Of a stretch of DNA of 42,426 nt, positions 17,438 through 27,035 are shown piece after piece. A program made the position numbers and the translations under genes. Origin of the DNA: an uncultured Eubacteriales bacterium (lineage in GTDB: Bacteria; Bacillota; Clostridia; Oscillospirales; Acutalibacteraceae). Position 1 is the first letter of the stretch. Every line of letters starts with the position of its first letter. The stretch spans positions 1 through 42,426 of the forward strand of contig ONLO01000155.1 of the NCBI GenBank assembly GCA_900318715.1, given 5' to 3'. The notes under the pieces were generated by a model. It had not been told where the DNA came from, ran no database searches, and saw nothing but the letters and a program-made list of their open reading frames with translations.

Positions 17438-18025
17438 TTATCCGGCCTCTGCCCCGGTGTCAAGAAGACGGCGGTGGCGGCGGATGAGGTCCAGAATATG
17501 GTTTACCGCATCCTCCACGCGGTCGTTGACAATAATGTAGTCGTAGGCATAGGAGCCGACAATTTCCTTCTTGGCAATGGAAATGCGCTCCTCAATTTCC
17601 TCGGCGCTCTCCGTGTTGCGGCCGGCCAGCCGTTTGCGGAGTGCGTAGATGGACGGCGGCATCAGGAACAGCATCATAATGTCCGGGTTCTGTTCCTTGA
17701 CCTTGGCGGCGCCCTGGACTTCAATTTTCAGGATGACGGTCTTGCCCGCCTCCGTCCAGGCGCGCAGCGGCCCTCTGGGCGTGCCGTAGTAGTTGTCCCC
17801 GTAACGGGCGTACTCCAGCATTTCGCCGTCCCGGATGGCCTTTTCAAACGCGTCCTTCGTAACGAAGTAGTAGTGAACGCCGTCCACTTCTCCCGGCCGC
17901 GGTTTGCGCGTGGTCATGGAAATGGAGACCATGGTGTCCGGGTCCTTCTTCAGGAGCTCGTTGATGACGGTGTCCTTCCCCGAGCCGGACGGACCGGACA
18001 GGATCAGAACAAACCCTTTGCTCAT
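17438..18025 (-). CDS. gmk: Guanylate kinase
   Basis: Has the [11 protein letters not shown]-loop. The start overlaps the remA stop (ATGA). Confidence 0.92.
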   Translation of the reverse strand: MSKGFVLILSGPSGSGKDTVINELLKKDPDTMVSISMTTRKPRPGEVDGVHYYFVTKDAFEKAIRDGEMLEYARYGDNYYGTPRGPLRAWTEAGKTVILKIEVQGAAKVKEQNPDIMMLFLMPPSIYALRKRLAGRNTESAEEIEERISIAKKEIVGSYAYDYIIVNDRVEDAVNHILDLIRRHRRLLDTGAEAG

Positions 18026-18285
18026 AGTTCGTTCTCCTCCCCCATGTCGTCGTCCCCGTTAATGCGGTGGCGGATGGTGTCCGGCTGCAGATAGGACAGG
18101 ACCACGTGGTCGGAATCCATGAGGATGACTGTCCGGGTGCGCCGCCCCTGTGAAGCGTCAATGAGCGTCCCCTTTTCCTTGCCTTCCTGCACAATCCGCT
18201 TAATGGGCGCAGAGTCCGGGCTGGCAACGGCAATGATCCGGTCGGCGTTGACGCCGTTTCCGAACCCGATGTTGATCAGCTTCAT
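18022..18285 (-). CDS. remA: DUF370 / RemA-family regulator
   Basis: [54 protein letters not shown]. Confidence 0.85.
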   Translation of the reverse strand: MKLINIGFGNGVNADRIIAVASPDSAPIKRIVQEGKEKGTLIDASQGRRTRTVILMDSDHVVLSYLQPDTIRHRINGDDDMGEENEL

Positions 18286-18300
18286 GACGCTGCTCCTCTC

Positions 18301-19179
18301 TTACTCTATGTTCTGGACCTGCTCGCGGATCTTCTCCACTTCGCCCTTGATAACAAGGACCTTCCCGGTAATATCCAGGTCGGAACACTTGGAACCAATG
18401 GTGTTGGCTTCCCGGTTAATTTCCTGGACCAGGAAGTCCATTTTGCGTCCAATGGCCTCGTCTTCGTCAAACATGGCCTTGAGCTGTTCAATGTGGCTGT
18501 GCAGCCGTACGGTCTCTTCGTCCACGGCCACTTTATCGGCATAGATGGCCGCTTCGGTCAGGAGGCGCTGTTCGTCGACTTTGACGTCCCCCAGAAGGTC
18601 CCGGATGCGGCCCTTGAGTTTTTCATTGTACTCCTGCACGGTCTGCGGCGAACGCTCTTCCACGAACTTCACCATGTCCAGGATGCGGTCCGCCCGTCCG
18701 CAGATATCTTCCTGCAGCTTGGCGCCTTCCCGTTCCCGCATGGCGATGAAGTTGTCCGTAGCCTCGGCCAGCACTTCCAGAACGGCAGCCCAGATGGCTT
18801 CTTCGTCCGCCGCTTCCTTGTGGACGGACAGGACGTCCGGGAACCGGCTGAGCGAGGTGGCGGAGACGTCGTTGCGGACTTCGTAGGTGGTTTCCAGTTC
18901 CTTCATGGCGTCCATGTAGGCTTTGGCCAGCGTGTGGTTGACGCGGACGCTGACGGCGTCGGAATCCATTTCCTCGAGGGCTACGCTGCACTCGACCTTT
19001 CCGCGGCCGAGACGGCCCTGCAGATAGGATTTGATCTTCTCTTCCAGAAATCCGTACTGGCGCGGCACGCGCGTGCTGATTTCCAGGTAGCGGTGGTTGA
19101 CACTTTTGAGTTCGGCCTGGATGGTGAAACGCTCGTTGTCCATCCGGGCACGGCCGAAACCGGTCATGCTTTTCGTCAT
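18301..19179 (-). CDS. yicC: YicC-family stress-induced protein (YicC_N + DUF1732)
   Basis: MTKSMTGFGR...SVNHRYLE...EINREANTIGSK. ATG 19179 has GGAG 8 nt upstream. The track start at 19206 is probably an over-extension. Confidence 0.85.
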   Translation of the reverse strand: MTKSMTGFGRARMDNERFTIQAELKSVNHRYLEISTRVPRQYGFLEEKIKSYLQGRLGRGKVECSVALEEMDSDAVSVRVNHTLAKAYMDAMKELETTYEVRNDVSATSLSRFPDVLSVHKEAADEEAIWAAVLEVLAEATDNFIAMREREGAKLQEDICGRADRILDMVKFVEERSPQTVQEYNEKLKGRIRDLLGDVKVDEQRLLTEAAIYADKVAVDEETVRLHSHIEQLKAMFDEDEAIGRKMDFLVQEINREANTIGSKCSDLDITGKVLVIKGEVEKIREQVQNIE

Positions 19180-19254
19180 ATTGAATTCTCCATTCAAAAA
19201 GGCCATTGGCGGCAGCTTTTCCGCTCCGTCCCTCTGCCTTTATATTAGTAATTC

Positions 19255-19284
19255 ATTATACCGTAACCAATAAAAATGTGTCAA
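19255..19284 (-). promoter_or_regulatory. Candidate promoter for the yicC-remA-gmk unit (TTGACA, 18 nt spacer, TATAAT)
   Basis: Minus strand reads TTGACAcatttttattggttacggTATAAT. The -35 overlaps the rluB stop codon. Confidence 0.5.
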
Positions 19285-20021
19285 ACGCGCGCACTTCGCT
19301 TCAGGGACTTCACTTCCTGCGGGGTCAGTTCCCGCCAGCTGCCGGTCTGCAGCATGCCGAGCCGGACGGGGCCAATGGCGGTCCGTTTGAGGCGCGCCAC
19401 CTCCAGTCCGAGGGACTCGACCATCTTGCGGATCTGGCGGTTGCGGCCCTCGCAGAGCGTGACCTCCAGAACGACGCGGCCCGGCTCCTTCAGCAGGACC
19501 TGCACGTCACACGGGAGGGTCTTGCGGCCGTCAATCATCATACCGGTCATCATTTCCGTCAGCTGGTCTTCGGTAATGTCCGGACGGACGGTGACCCGGT
19601 ACACTTTGCTCACGTGCTTCGACGGATGCATCATGTTGTTGGCAAACGCGCCGTCGTTGGTGAACAGCAGCATGCCTTCGGAGTCGCGGTCCAGCCGGCC
19701 GACCGGATAGACGCGGGTGCCGGCGTCCGCCACGAGCTCCGCCACGCACTTGCGCCCCATCTCGTCACTCATGGTAGAGACGAAGCCGCGCGGCTTGTTG
19801 AGCATCAGGTAGACGTGTTCGTTCTCCTGCTTAATTTTCCGGCCCTCGACCGAGACCTGGTCCTTCTCCGGATCCACTTTGTCCCCGATTTTCGCCGGTT
19901 TGCCGTTGACCTTTACCTTGCCGGCGGCAATCAGTTCCTCGCTTTTCCGGCGGGACGCAATGCCGCAGTCTGCCATGTACTTCTGCAGCCGGATTTTTCC
20001 GTCTGCCTGTCTGTCTGCCAT
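19281..20021 (-). CDS. rluB: Pseudouridine synthase, RsuA/RluB family
   Basis: S4 domain RLQKYMADCGIASRR and catalytic GRLDRDSEGMLLFTNDG. Confidence 0.85.
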   Translation of the reverse strand: MADRQADGKIRLQKYMADCGIASRRKSEELIAAGKVKVNGKPAKIGDKVDPEKDQVSVEGRKIKQENEHVYLMLNKPRGFVSTMSDEMGRKCVAELVADAGTRVYPVGRLDRDSEGMLLFTNDGAFANNMMHPSKHVSKVYRVTVRPDITEDQLTEMMTGMMIDGRKTLPCDVQVLLKEPGRVVLEVTLCEGRNRQIRKMVESLGLEVARLKRTAIGPVRLGMLQTGSWRELTPQEVKSLKRSARV

Positions 20022-20040
20022 AGGGTCTCCTCCGTTGTCC

Positions 20041-20087
20041 GCAAAGACAGCAAAGCAACCATCCGGCGAAAAACGCCGGGTGGCTGC
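20041..20087 (-). terminator. Rho-independent terminator after ytfJ
   Basis: Minus-strand RNA reads gcagccacccggcg-uuuuu-cgccggaugguugc, followed by uuugcugucuuu. Confidence 0.6.
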
Positions 20088-20127
20088 ATCTGTTCAAGAT
20101 TATGATAAGGTTGGAACAATGCCCCTC

Positions 20128-20463
20128 TTACTTGTTGAGCAGGCCGGACATTTTGTCAAAGACGTCCGTGCCAAGGTTGACCATTTTCTCGGCTTTGTTC
20201 TCCGAGTTGGTAATGTGCTTGACCGTGACCTGGCCGTCCTTGATGAGAAGGAAGGCAACCGGCGTAATGGTCATGCCGGCGCCGCCGGAGGAGTCTTCCG
20301 AACCGCCGGTGGTCAGGCCGTAGGTGACCTTGGAAATGGGCAGGATGGTCAGGCCGGATTCGGTGTAGACCGGGTCTCCGATGACCGTGCTGACGTCAAT
20401 GTTGTCCTTAATTTTTTCGAAGGTAGCAGCAAGGGTATTGGCTGCGGAATTCGTATCTTTCAT
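20128..20463 (-). CDS. ytfJ: Sporulation protein YtfJ (GerW family)
   Basis: 111 aa. VIGDPVYTESGLTILPISKVTYGLTTGG...GMTITPVAFLLIKDGQV. Confidence 0.85.
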   Translation of the reverse strand: MKDTNSAANTLAATFEKIKDNIDVSTVIGDPVYTESGLTILPISKVTYGLTTGGSEDSSGGAGMTITPVAFLLIKDGQVTVKHITNSENKAEKMVNLGTDVFDKMSGLLNK

Positions 20464-20485
20464 GTTCTAGCACCCCGTTAAATAT

Positions 20486-21523
20486 TTAGTCGTTGGAGGC
20501 AGCCAGCTGGTCGGCTGTCTGGTTGATCAGTTTGTCATGCCGTTCTTTCCGGTACTTGGCCCTCTGGCGGTCGGAAATGGTAAATCCGCGGTCCACGAAG
20601 TTGAAGGACTTGAGACCGACCTTTCCAAGGTAGCCAAGGAACGGGAGAAGGACACGAAGCGGACGGAACGCAATCTTGTTGTGGAACTCCGCCTTGTCTT
20701 TGCGCCCGATGAAGTCCGGTGTCAGGTTCAGGGAACTCTTCTTGACCGTCATGTTGGCACCCAGTTTTTCCAGGGCCGGATAACCGATGGCCGCAATTTC
20801 ACCATACTTCAGCGCCGTGTCAGCGGCGTCTTTGCCCGTCACGGTCAGACCAACGTTAAAGTTCTTGACAATAAAACGTTTGCCGACTTTCTTCAGCGTA
20901 CTGCTGGTCTGCGCCCCAAGGAAGGCAAGCAGCGCCTTGACGGATTCGGCATCAAAGCCCTCCGCAAAGCTGCGTGCCGTGTCGTAGGCACTTTCCAGAT
21001 CCATGGTATCCACTTTGGCCTGGATGGTCTGCAGCTGGGACAGCTGGGACTCGTCCACGACGTCCGGATACGGATTCCCGATGGCTTCCGCCACTTCGGT
21101 CTGCCGTACCAGCGCTTCGGCCTCTTTCATTTCCGCGTTGAGTCGTGTTTCCTCTTCTTCAAGGCGGACTTTCTCCGATGCCAGATACTCGGCCGTCTTG
21201 ATTTCGTTCTGGATTTGATTCTTCGCGTAGATTTCCTTTCCCTTGCGGACAGCTATGTCCTTGCCTTTGTAGGCAATGGGTTCCAGGATTCTCTGGCCGT
21301 AAGCCACAATGGGGTTCCGCTTGGTCTTCGGTTTCTTTTCCTTGCGGGGAAGGACTTTGAAGCCGAGGAAACCGTACTTGAGCTTCAGTTTGAGGCCGTC
21401 ACCGTCATAGTCAATGCCAATGCCGACCCGGACCAGAAGCGCAAGGATGACTGTCAGAAGCGTCAGTACAATGAGCGCAGTCATAATGCAGAAAATCCAG
21501 AGAATAATTTTAAGAGCAAGCAA
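20486..21523 (-). CDS. DUF2953 / YtfI-like sporulation membrane protein with a coiled-coil insert
   Basis: N-terminal TM followed by VRVGIGIDYDGDGLKLKLKYGFLGFKVLP, and it lies upstream of ytfJ as in B. subtilis ytfI-ytfJ. TTG start at 21523; an in-frame TGA lies two codons upstream, at 21527..21529. A GGGGGTG RBS is present. Confidence 0.6.
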   Translation of the reverse strand: MLALKIILWIFCIMTALIVLTLLTVILALLVRVGIGIDYDGDGLKLKLKYGFLGFKVLPRKEKKPKTKRNPIVAYGQRILEPIAYKGKDIAVRKGKEIYAKNQIQNEIKTAEYLASEKVRLEEEETRLNAEMKEAEALVRQTEVAEAIGNPYPDVVDESQLSQLQTIQAKVDTMDLESAYDTARSFAEGFDAESVKALLAFLGAQTSSTLKKVGKRFIVKNFNVGLTVTGKDAADTALKYGEIAAIGYPALEKLGANMTVKKSSLNLTPDFIGRKDKAEFHNKIAFRPLRVLLPFLGYLGKVGLKSFNFVDRGFTISDRQRAKYRKERHDKLINQTADQLAASND

Positions 21524-21553
21524 CCATCAACACCCCCTTATCACAATTTTAAT

Positions 21554-22219
21554 TTACTCCTGAGGTTCCTGGGACGGCTCTTCCACCGGTTCTTCAGCCG
21601 TTTCGTCGGCCAACGCATTGGTCAGCCCGTCGGCGGCCTCTTCGTCCGGTTCGGAGACTGGTTCTTCGGTCTCCGGCTGCTCCGTTTCCGGAAGCGGCGG
21701 AAGTTCGTCCAGAGATTCTATGCAGAAACACCGTAAGAATACGGGTGTCGTGCCGTAAATGATGGGTCGTCCGGGAAGGTCCAGACGGCCTTTCTCCTCA
21801 ATGAGTCCCTTCTGGCTCAGCGAGGCAATGACGCCGGAACAGTCCACACCGCGGACCTGTTCGACGAAGTTCTTGGTCACCGGCTGGTTGTACGCAATGA
21901 CGGCCAGCACTTCAAAGGCGGCCTGCGACAGCGGCGTGTTCCGGTGCAGTTCCAGTTCCCGGCGCACCGCGTCGGAGAATTCGCTGCGGGTACAGAGCTG
22001 CCAGCTGTCTCCCAAACGCTTGAGGCAGATTCCGCTCTGCCGTTCGTCCAGCGAGTTGCGCAGCTCCTGAAGGGCCTGTTCGGTGGACTCTTCGTCCGTT
22101 TCAATGGCGGCCGCAATCTTTCTCAGCGGGACCGGGTCGCCTGCGGCAAAGAGGACCGCTTCCACAGCGCCCTGCAGGTTCAGCAGGTCAATCAAGTTCT
22201 CAGCTCCTTCGAAGCTCAA
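21554..22219 (-). CDS. scpB: Segregation and condensation protein B
   Basis: AVEAVLFAAGDPVPLRKIA...LKRLGDSWQLCTR...AAFEVLAVIAYNQPVTK. TTG start overlaps the scpA 3' end by 20 nt. Confidence 0.85.
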   Translation of the reverse strand: MSFEGAENLIDLLNLQGAVEAVLFAAGDPVPLRKIAAAIETDEESTEQALQELRNSLDERQSGICLKRLGDSWQLCTRSEFSDAVRRELELHRNTPLSQAAFEVLAVIAYNQPVTKNFVEQVRGVDCSGVIASLSQKGLIEEKGRLDLPGRPIIYGTTPVFLRCFCIESLDELPPLPETEQPETEEPVSEPDEEAADGLTNALADETAEEPVEEPSQEPQE

Positions 22220-22901
22220 TAGAAAAGTCTTCCCCGTCCCCGTCCGTCTTCAGTTTCTTGTCCCGGATGAGTTCCAGGAGAGCCAGAAAGGTGGCAACCA
22301 TGTCCGAACGCGACTCGGATGCGGCCATCAGGGAGCGGAAGCTTTCCCGCCCGCCCTTCAGGCGCTTCATTAAAAAGCTGATCCGGGAGGACACGGAAAC
22401 AATTTTCCGGGTCACAATTTCCGCGAACGACTCAATGGGCGGCGGCAGCTTGCGCTTGCCCTTGCCCAAAACGGACTTGTACGCGCTGAGCAGTTCATCC
22501 GGCTCGTGGAGCAGCTGATAGGTGTAGTCAATTTCCGGCGGTTCCGGGGCCCGCGAGAAGAGGTCAAAGCCTTTTGCGGTGTCCGCCAGTTTTCCTGCCA
22601 TAATCTGGCAGTCCCGGTATTCGAGCAGTTCTCCGGTCAGTTCCTGACGGAGCCGGTCCGCTTCTTCGTGGACCGGTAGCAGGGACACGGTCTTAATGTA
22701 GACCAGCCGTGCGGCCATTTCCAGGAATTCACTGGCAACGTCCATGTCGGCTTCCTGCATTTTCCGGACATAGTCCGTATACTGCTCAACGAGTTCCACA
22801 ATGGGAATGTCGTAAATGTCGAGTTTATGTTTGCTGATGAGAGAAAGCAGCAGGTCCATGGGACCTTCAAACACTTCCAGCTTGTAAGTAGGCGTCTCCA
22901 T
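22200..22901 (-). CDS. scpA: Segregation and condensation protein A
   Basis: METPTYKLEVFEGPMDLLLSLISKHKLDIYDIPI. ATG 22901 has GGGGAG 7 nt upstream. The track start at 22970 overlaps the M50 gene. Confidence 0.88.
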   Translation of the reverse strand: METPTYKLEVFEGPMDLLLSLISKHKLDIYDIPIVELVEQYTDYVRKMQEADMDVASEFLEMAARLVYIKTVSLLPVHEEADRLRQELTGELLEYRDCQIMAGKLADTAKGFDLFSRAPEPPEIDYTYQLLHEPDELLSAYKSVLGKGKRKLPPPIESFAEIVTRKIVSVSSRISFLMKRLKGGRESFRSLMAASESRSDMVATFLALLELIRDKKLKTDGDGEDFSIELRRS

Positions 22902-22914
22902 AGTGCTTCTCCCC

Positions 22915-23595
22915 TTATCCGAACGGCAGGGACGAGATCCACATGAAGAACTGCATGATAAAACCTGCAATCCAGGACAGGGGTCTGGTCAGAACGTTCG
23001 TAAAGAGCAGCACAATGACGACCAGGGATATGGTCTGCTGATGCGTGGCGATCCAGTAGGATGCGTTCCGCGGAAGAAGGCCCTCCACAATGCCAAAGCC
23101 GTCAAACGGCGGAATGGGCAGAAGGTTCAGGACCGCCAGGTAAATGCTGATTTCACCGGCGTACAGGAAGAACCAGTAGAGGATCATTTCCAGGCGGGTT
23201 CCGTCCAGCGCCGGGATCTTCGTAACAATGAGCCCGAGGAACAGGAACAGCCAGCCAAAGAGCAGATTGGACAGAGGTCCGGCCGCCGAGGTAATGGCAA
23301 TGCCGCGTCTCCGGTTTTTGAAGTTGTTCGGGTTAATGGGGGTCGGTTTGCCCCAGCCGAACCCGATGAGGGCAATGAGGATGGCACCGAGCGGGTCAAT
23401 GTGTGCCAGCGGATTCAGTGTCAGTCCGCCGGAGTTTTTCGCGGTGTTGTCCCCGAGGCGGTACGCCATCCAGGCGTGGGCGAACTCGTGGACCGGAATG
23501 ACAAAGAACACCAGAAAAACCGATGCCAGAATGGCGGCTACGACCGGGAGATAATTCCCGGTGGAAGCGGCCTGCCGCAGAGCGGATAAAAGCAT
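22915..23595 (-). CDS. Site-2 protease family (peptidase M50) membrane metalloprotease
   Basis: Has HEFAHAWMAY (HExxH) and NLLPIPPFDG motifs, and is polytopic. Confidence 0.8.
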   Translation of the reverse strand: MLLSALRQAASTGNYLPVVAAILASVFLVFFVIPVHEFAHAWMAYRLGDNTAKNSGGLTLNPLAHIDPLGAILIALIGFGWGKPTPINPNNFKNRRRGIAITSAAGPLSNLLFGWLFLFLGLIVTKIPALDGTRLEMILYWFFLYAGEISIYLAVLNLLPIPPFDGFGIVEGLLPRNASYWIATHQQTISLVVIVLLFTNVLTRPLSWIAGFIMQFFMWISSLPFG

Positions 23596-23669
23596 ATGGA
23601 AACCACACTTCCCTAATAAATAGACAAACTATTACTTATAAAATAGAATACTAGAATTTACAGAACACG

Positions 23670-24536
23670 TCAATCTTTAATAACGCCTGCGCGGACCACC
23701 CGGTTTATTCCGTTGAAATCCGGAATAACGGCGGTATACGGGGCAAACGCGGCAAACATCCGCGCAACCTCCTCCGCCTGACGGTCCCCGCATTCCACGG
23801 CCATTATGCCGCCGGGCGTCAGGAACGGCAGCCAGTCTTCCGCCAGCGAACGGTAAAACCGAAGGCCGTCTTCCCCGGCTTCCAGCGCCATGCGCGGCTC
23901 GTACCGGACTTCCTCCTGCAGGACCGCCATTTCCGCGTCCGTCACATAGGGCGGATTGGACAGAATGAGGTCTGCGGCCGGAAGGTCCAGCGCCGCGGGA
24001 CCCGCAAGGATGTCTCCCTGCAGCACGCGAACGTTCGGGAACGCCAGAGCCTCCCGGTTGCGGTTCAGCCAGACGAGGGCGTCCGGGGACTGTTCCACCA
24101 GGGTGACCCGGCAGTCCGGGGCATGTTTGGCCACGGCAAGGCCAATGCAGCCGCTGCCGGCACACAGGTCCAGGACCTCGGCCGGGCGGCCGTCCGGCCG
24201 TTTCCGGGCGTGCAGGAACGTCAGCGCCTCGTCCACCAGGATTTCGGTTTCGGGCCGGGGTATGAGCACCCCTTCCCCCACCTGCAGGGTCAGGTCATAG
24301 AAGTCCCATTCGCCGAGCAGGTACTGAAGCGGGTAGCCGCCGGCGCGGCGGTCCAGAAGTGCCCGGTACTGCTGTTCCCGGTCCTCCGGAAGGACAAGGT
24401 CCCTGTTTGAAAACAGGGCGTATTTGTCCAGATCCGCCGCCTTGCAGAGCAGCTCTTTGGCGTCAAACAAGGCGTTGTCCCGGCCGGCTTCCGCAAGGCG
24501 CGTTTCTCCGAAGAGAAGGGCTTCGTCTACCGTCAT
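23670..24536 (-). CDS. prmC: Release-factor glutamine N5-methyltransferase
   Basis: Has DLCAGSGCIG and the NPPY motif. The start overlaps the DUF1385 stop (ATGA). Confidence 0.9.
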   Translation of the reverse strand: MTVDEALLFGETRLAEAGRDNALFDAKELLCKAADLDKYALFSNRDLVLPEDREQQYRALLDRRAGGYPLQYLLGEWDFYDLTLQVGEGVLIPRPETEILVDEALTFLHARKRPDGRPAEVLDLCAGSGCIGLAVAKHAPDCRVTLVEQSPDALVWLNRNREALAFPNVRVLQGDILAGPAALDLPAADLILSNPPYVTDAEMAVLQEEVRYEPRMALEAGEDGLRFYRSLAEDWLPFLTPGGIMAVECGDRQAEEVARMFAAFAPYTAVIPDFNGINRVVRAGVIKD

Positions 24537-25510
24537 TTGATTTCGTCATCCTCCGGGTTGTCGGTGCGGACGGCGTTGAAGGCCGCAATGGCCACTTCCA
24601 TCATGTCGTCCTCCGGCTCCTGCGTGGTAATCCGCTGCATCCAGAGGCCCGGTGCCGACAGGAACCGGGTCAGACGGTCCTCATGGCGGCCGGCGTACTT
24701 GATGAACTCATAGCCGAGTCCCATGACGAGCGGAAGCATGAGCAGCTTCAGAAGGGTGTACAGCCAGCGGATCTTGCCGATGCCCGGCCAGATGAGGACC
24801 AGCACGGTGCCAAGCAAAATGCCGATGAGCAGCATGACAATGGTGAAGCTGGTGCCGCAGCGCGGGTGGAACCGGTCCTGCATACGGACGTTTTCCACCG
24901 TCAGCGGAAGACCGTTTTCGTAGCAGAAGATGGTCTTGTGCTCCGCGCCGTGGTACTGGAACACCCGGTGAATGTCGGACTGTTTGCTGACGACCCACAT
25001 GTAGAGGATCAGCAGAACAATTTTGATGATGCCCTCGAACAGCGGGTGCAGGTTGTGCGCCTCCAGCACGCCGTTGGTCAGGTGACCGTCGAAGAGGTCG
25101 ACCAGGATGATGGGCAGATACATGAACAGGACGAGGGCAAGGGCCACGCCGAGGACGGTGGACAGCACGCCGATAATGGGCATGATGCGGTCTGAGAAGT
25201 GCTCTTCCATCCAGCGGTCCAGTTTGCTCTCCGACTCCTCCAGTTCTTCGGGCGTGGCGCTCTTTTCGGCGGAGTACATGAGGTACCGGTAGCCGAATTT
25301 CAGCGACTCAAAAAAGGCAATGACGCCGCGCAGAAGCGGGAGCCTTGCCCACTTGTGCGTCATGGACAGCCGCTGTTCTTCCTGCGGAGCAACTTCAATG
25401 GTGCCGTTCGGCAGACGGACGGCAACCGCTGCGCCGCGCGGGCCGCGCATCATGACGCCCTCAATGAGCGCCTGTCCGCCAATGCTTGTCTTATGCTTTT
25501 TCGTTTCCAA
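24533..25510 (-). CDS. DUF1385 (YqhQ-like) membrane protein
   Basis: SIGGQALIEGVMMRGP...YHGAEHK. It lies upstream of prmC, which I recall as the usual context for this family. TTG start with GGAGAAGG 6 nt upstream, overlapping the kinase gene's 3' end by 20 nt. Confidence 0.75.
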   Translation of the reverse strand: METKKHKTSIGGQALIEGVMMRGPRGAAVAVRLPNGTIEVAPQEEQRLSMTHKWARLPLLRGVIAFFESLKFGYRYLMYSAEKSATPEELEESESKLDRWMEEHFSDRIMPIIGVLSTVLGVALALVLFMYLPIILVDLFDGHLTNGVLEAHNLHPLFEGIIKIVLLILYMWVVSKQSDIHRVFQYHGAEHKTIFCYENGLPLTVENVRMQDRFHPRCGTSFTIVMLLIGILLGTVLVLIWPGIGKIRWLYTLLKLLMLPLVMGLGYEFIKYAGRHEDRLTRFLSAPGLWMQRITTQEPEDDMMEVAIAAFNAVRTDNPEDDEIK

Positions 25511-27020
25511 TGGAATCCTTCTCCGTTTCTATCCGGGACATTTGTACGGTTGCTTCCGGAAGTTCGGTGTCCAGTTTCACGTAGTCGACTGGCATGGTAA
25601 TGATGACCAGAGTCCCGGTACCGACTTCGCTTTCGAGTTCCAGCGTGCCTTTATGCATCTTGATGATTTCGTCACAGACGGCAAGACCAATTCCGCTGCC
25701 GGGAACCGAAAGGTTGGACTTGTAGAACTTTTTCTTGACATTCGGAAGCTCTTCGCGGGAAATACCGCAGCCGGTATCCTCCACGAATATTTTCAACGTG
25801 GCCTTCTCCCCGTCCGTCTTCGGCGGGATCAGGTCGGCAGCAACGGTGACTTTACCGCCCTGCGTGTTGTATTTGAACGCATTGTCCAGCACGTTTTCAA
25901 AGACCTGTTTGATCCGGACGGGGTCGCCCTCGGCCGGTGCCGGAATGTGAGGTGCGTTATAGACGAGTTCAATGCCTTCCCGCATGGAGCGGTCCTTGAA
26001 CAGGAAGATGGTCTCATCCAGCTCCGCGAGAATGTCAATTTTCTCGTAACGGAGCGTCAGACGGCCGCCCGCAATTTTGGAAAGGTCCAGAAGGTCGTTG
26101 ACGACGTTGGTCAGACGCGAGGACTCATCAATGATGATTTCCATGCCGCGCTTGAAGAGCGCCGGGTCCATGTCGCCGGAACTCAGCGTCTCTGCCCAGC
26201 CCTTGATGGCCGTCAGCGGGGTCTTCATTTCATGCGAGACCGTGGAAATGAAGTCGTTCTTCATTTTGTCGGTGGAACTCAGTTCGTCCGCCATGTAATT
26301 GATGTTTTCACACAACTCGCTGATTTCGTCGTTGTGGTCCTGCGGGGCCAGCCGGGCCGCCATGTCGCCGGCGGCAATTCGCTTCGTGACTTCGTTGATT
26401 TCCCGGACCGGGCGCACAATGGAACTGATGAAGAAGTAACTGGACAGGATGACCAGTCCCATGACCAGCAGGAACGCAATGAACAGGGCCATGGCCAGGA
26501 GCAGCATTTGCTTGTTGATGCCGCGCATGGACATGATGTACCGGACGGCGCCAAAGCGGTTCCCGCTGCTCTCAAGCAGATGCGTGACCGCCGAAACGGA
26601 TTCGCCGCTGCGGGTGCGGCCCTTCCAGGTGCCCGTCTTCGCGCTGCTCCGGAGTGCGGCATTGTAGTCCGGCATTTTTTCATCGGGCGCTGTGAAGCCG
26701 GACGAGGACATGAGCACGTTGCCCTCCCCGTCCAGGATCCAGACGTCCATAATGTCCTTTTCGCCGAACGATTCAATGTACTCCCGGGCGGCTTCGTTAA
26801 AGCCGGCTTCCCCGTTGGCCTGATAGGCGCTGACGAAATACGTTTCCACGGAGTCTGAGTATTCGGATGTCAGGCGGAGTTCTGCAGTGGACTGGTAGTT
26901 GTTCCGGAGCAGCAGGTAGCCGATGAGGAACGAGAACAGCACAATGGCCATGACGACCAGAAGGGTCGTGCGGAACCATCGCCCTGTAATACCGGAGCGC
27001 AGATTCACCTGCTCATTCAT
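25491..27020 (-). CDS. Sensor histidine kinase (2 TM, periplasmic-type sensor domain, HAMP, HisKA, HATPase_c)
   Basis: H-box FISTVSHEMKTPLTAI, N-box LDNAFKYN, G-boxes DTGCGI and GSGIGLA. ATG 27020 (MNEQVNL) has AAGAGGAG 8 nt upstream. The track start is GTG 27029. Confidence 0.88.
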   Translation of the reverse strand: MNEQVNLRSGITGRWFRTTLLVVMAIVLFSFLIGYLLLRNNYQSTAELRLTSEYSDSVETYFVSAYQANGEAGFNEAAREYIESFGEKDIMDVWILDGEGNVLMSSSGFTAPDEKMPDYNAALRSSAKTGTWKGRTRSGESVSAVTHLLESSGNRFGAVRYIMSMRGINKQMLLLAMALFIAFLLVMGLVILSSYFFISSIVRPVREINEVTKRIAAGDMAARLAPQDHNDEISELCENINYMADELSSTDKMKNDFISTVSHEMKTPLTAIKGWAETLSSGDMDPALFKRGMEIIIDESSRLTNVVNDLLDLSKIAGGRLTLRYEKIDILAELDETIFLFKDRSMREGIELVYNAPHIPAPAEGDPVRIKQVFENVLDNAFKYNTQGGKVTVAADLIPPKTDGEKATLKIFVEDTGCGISREELPNVKKKFYKSNLSVPGSGIGLAVCDEIIKMHKGTLELESEVGTGTLVIITMPVDYVKLDTELPEATVQMSRIETEKDSIGNEKA

Positions 27021-27035
27021 GGTGTTCACTCCTCT

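Noticed and set aside
20022-20127. Possible leader or attenuator for rluB, since the ytfJ terminator sits directly upstream of the rluB RBS.
   Set aside because: I could not find a promoter between the terminator and rluB, nor an alternative antiterminator pairing. Leaky termination and read-through is the simpler explanation.
23596-23669. AT-rich gap between prmC and the M50 protease gene with two TAGAAT hexamers; possible promoter or terminator.
   Set aside because: No stable hairpin is visible. The TAGAAT copies are on the + strand, where there is no gene to drive. Minus-strand -35/-10 candidates have poor spacing. This is most simply read-through spacing.
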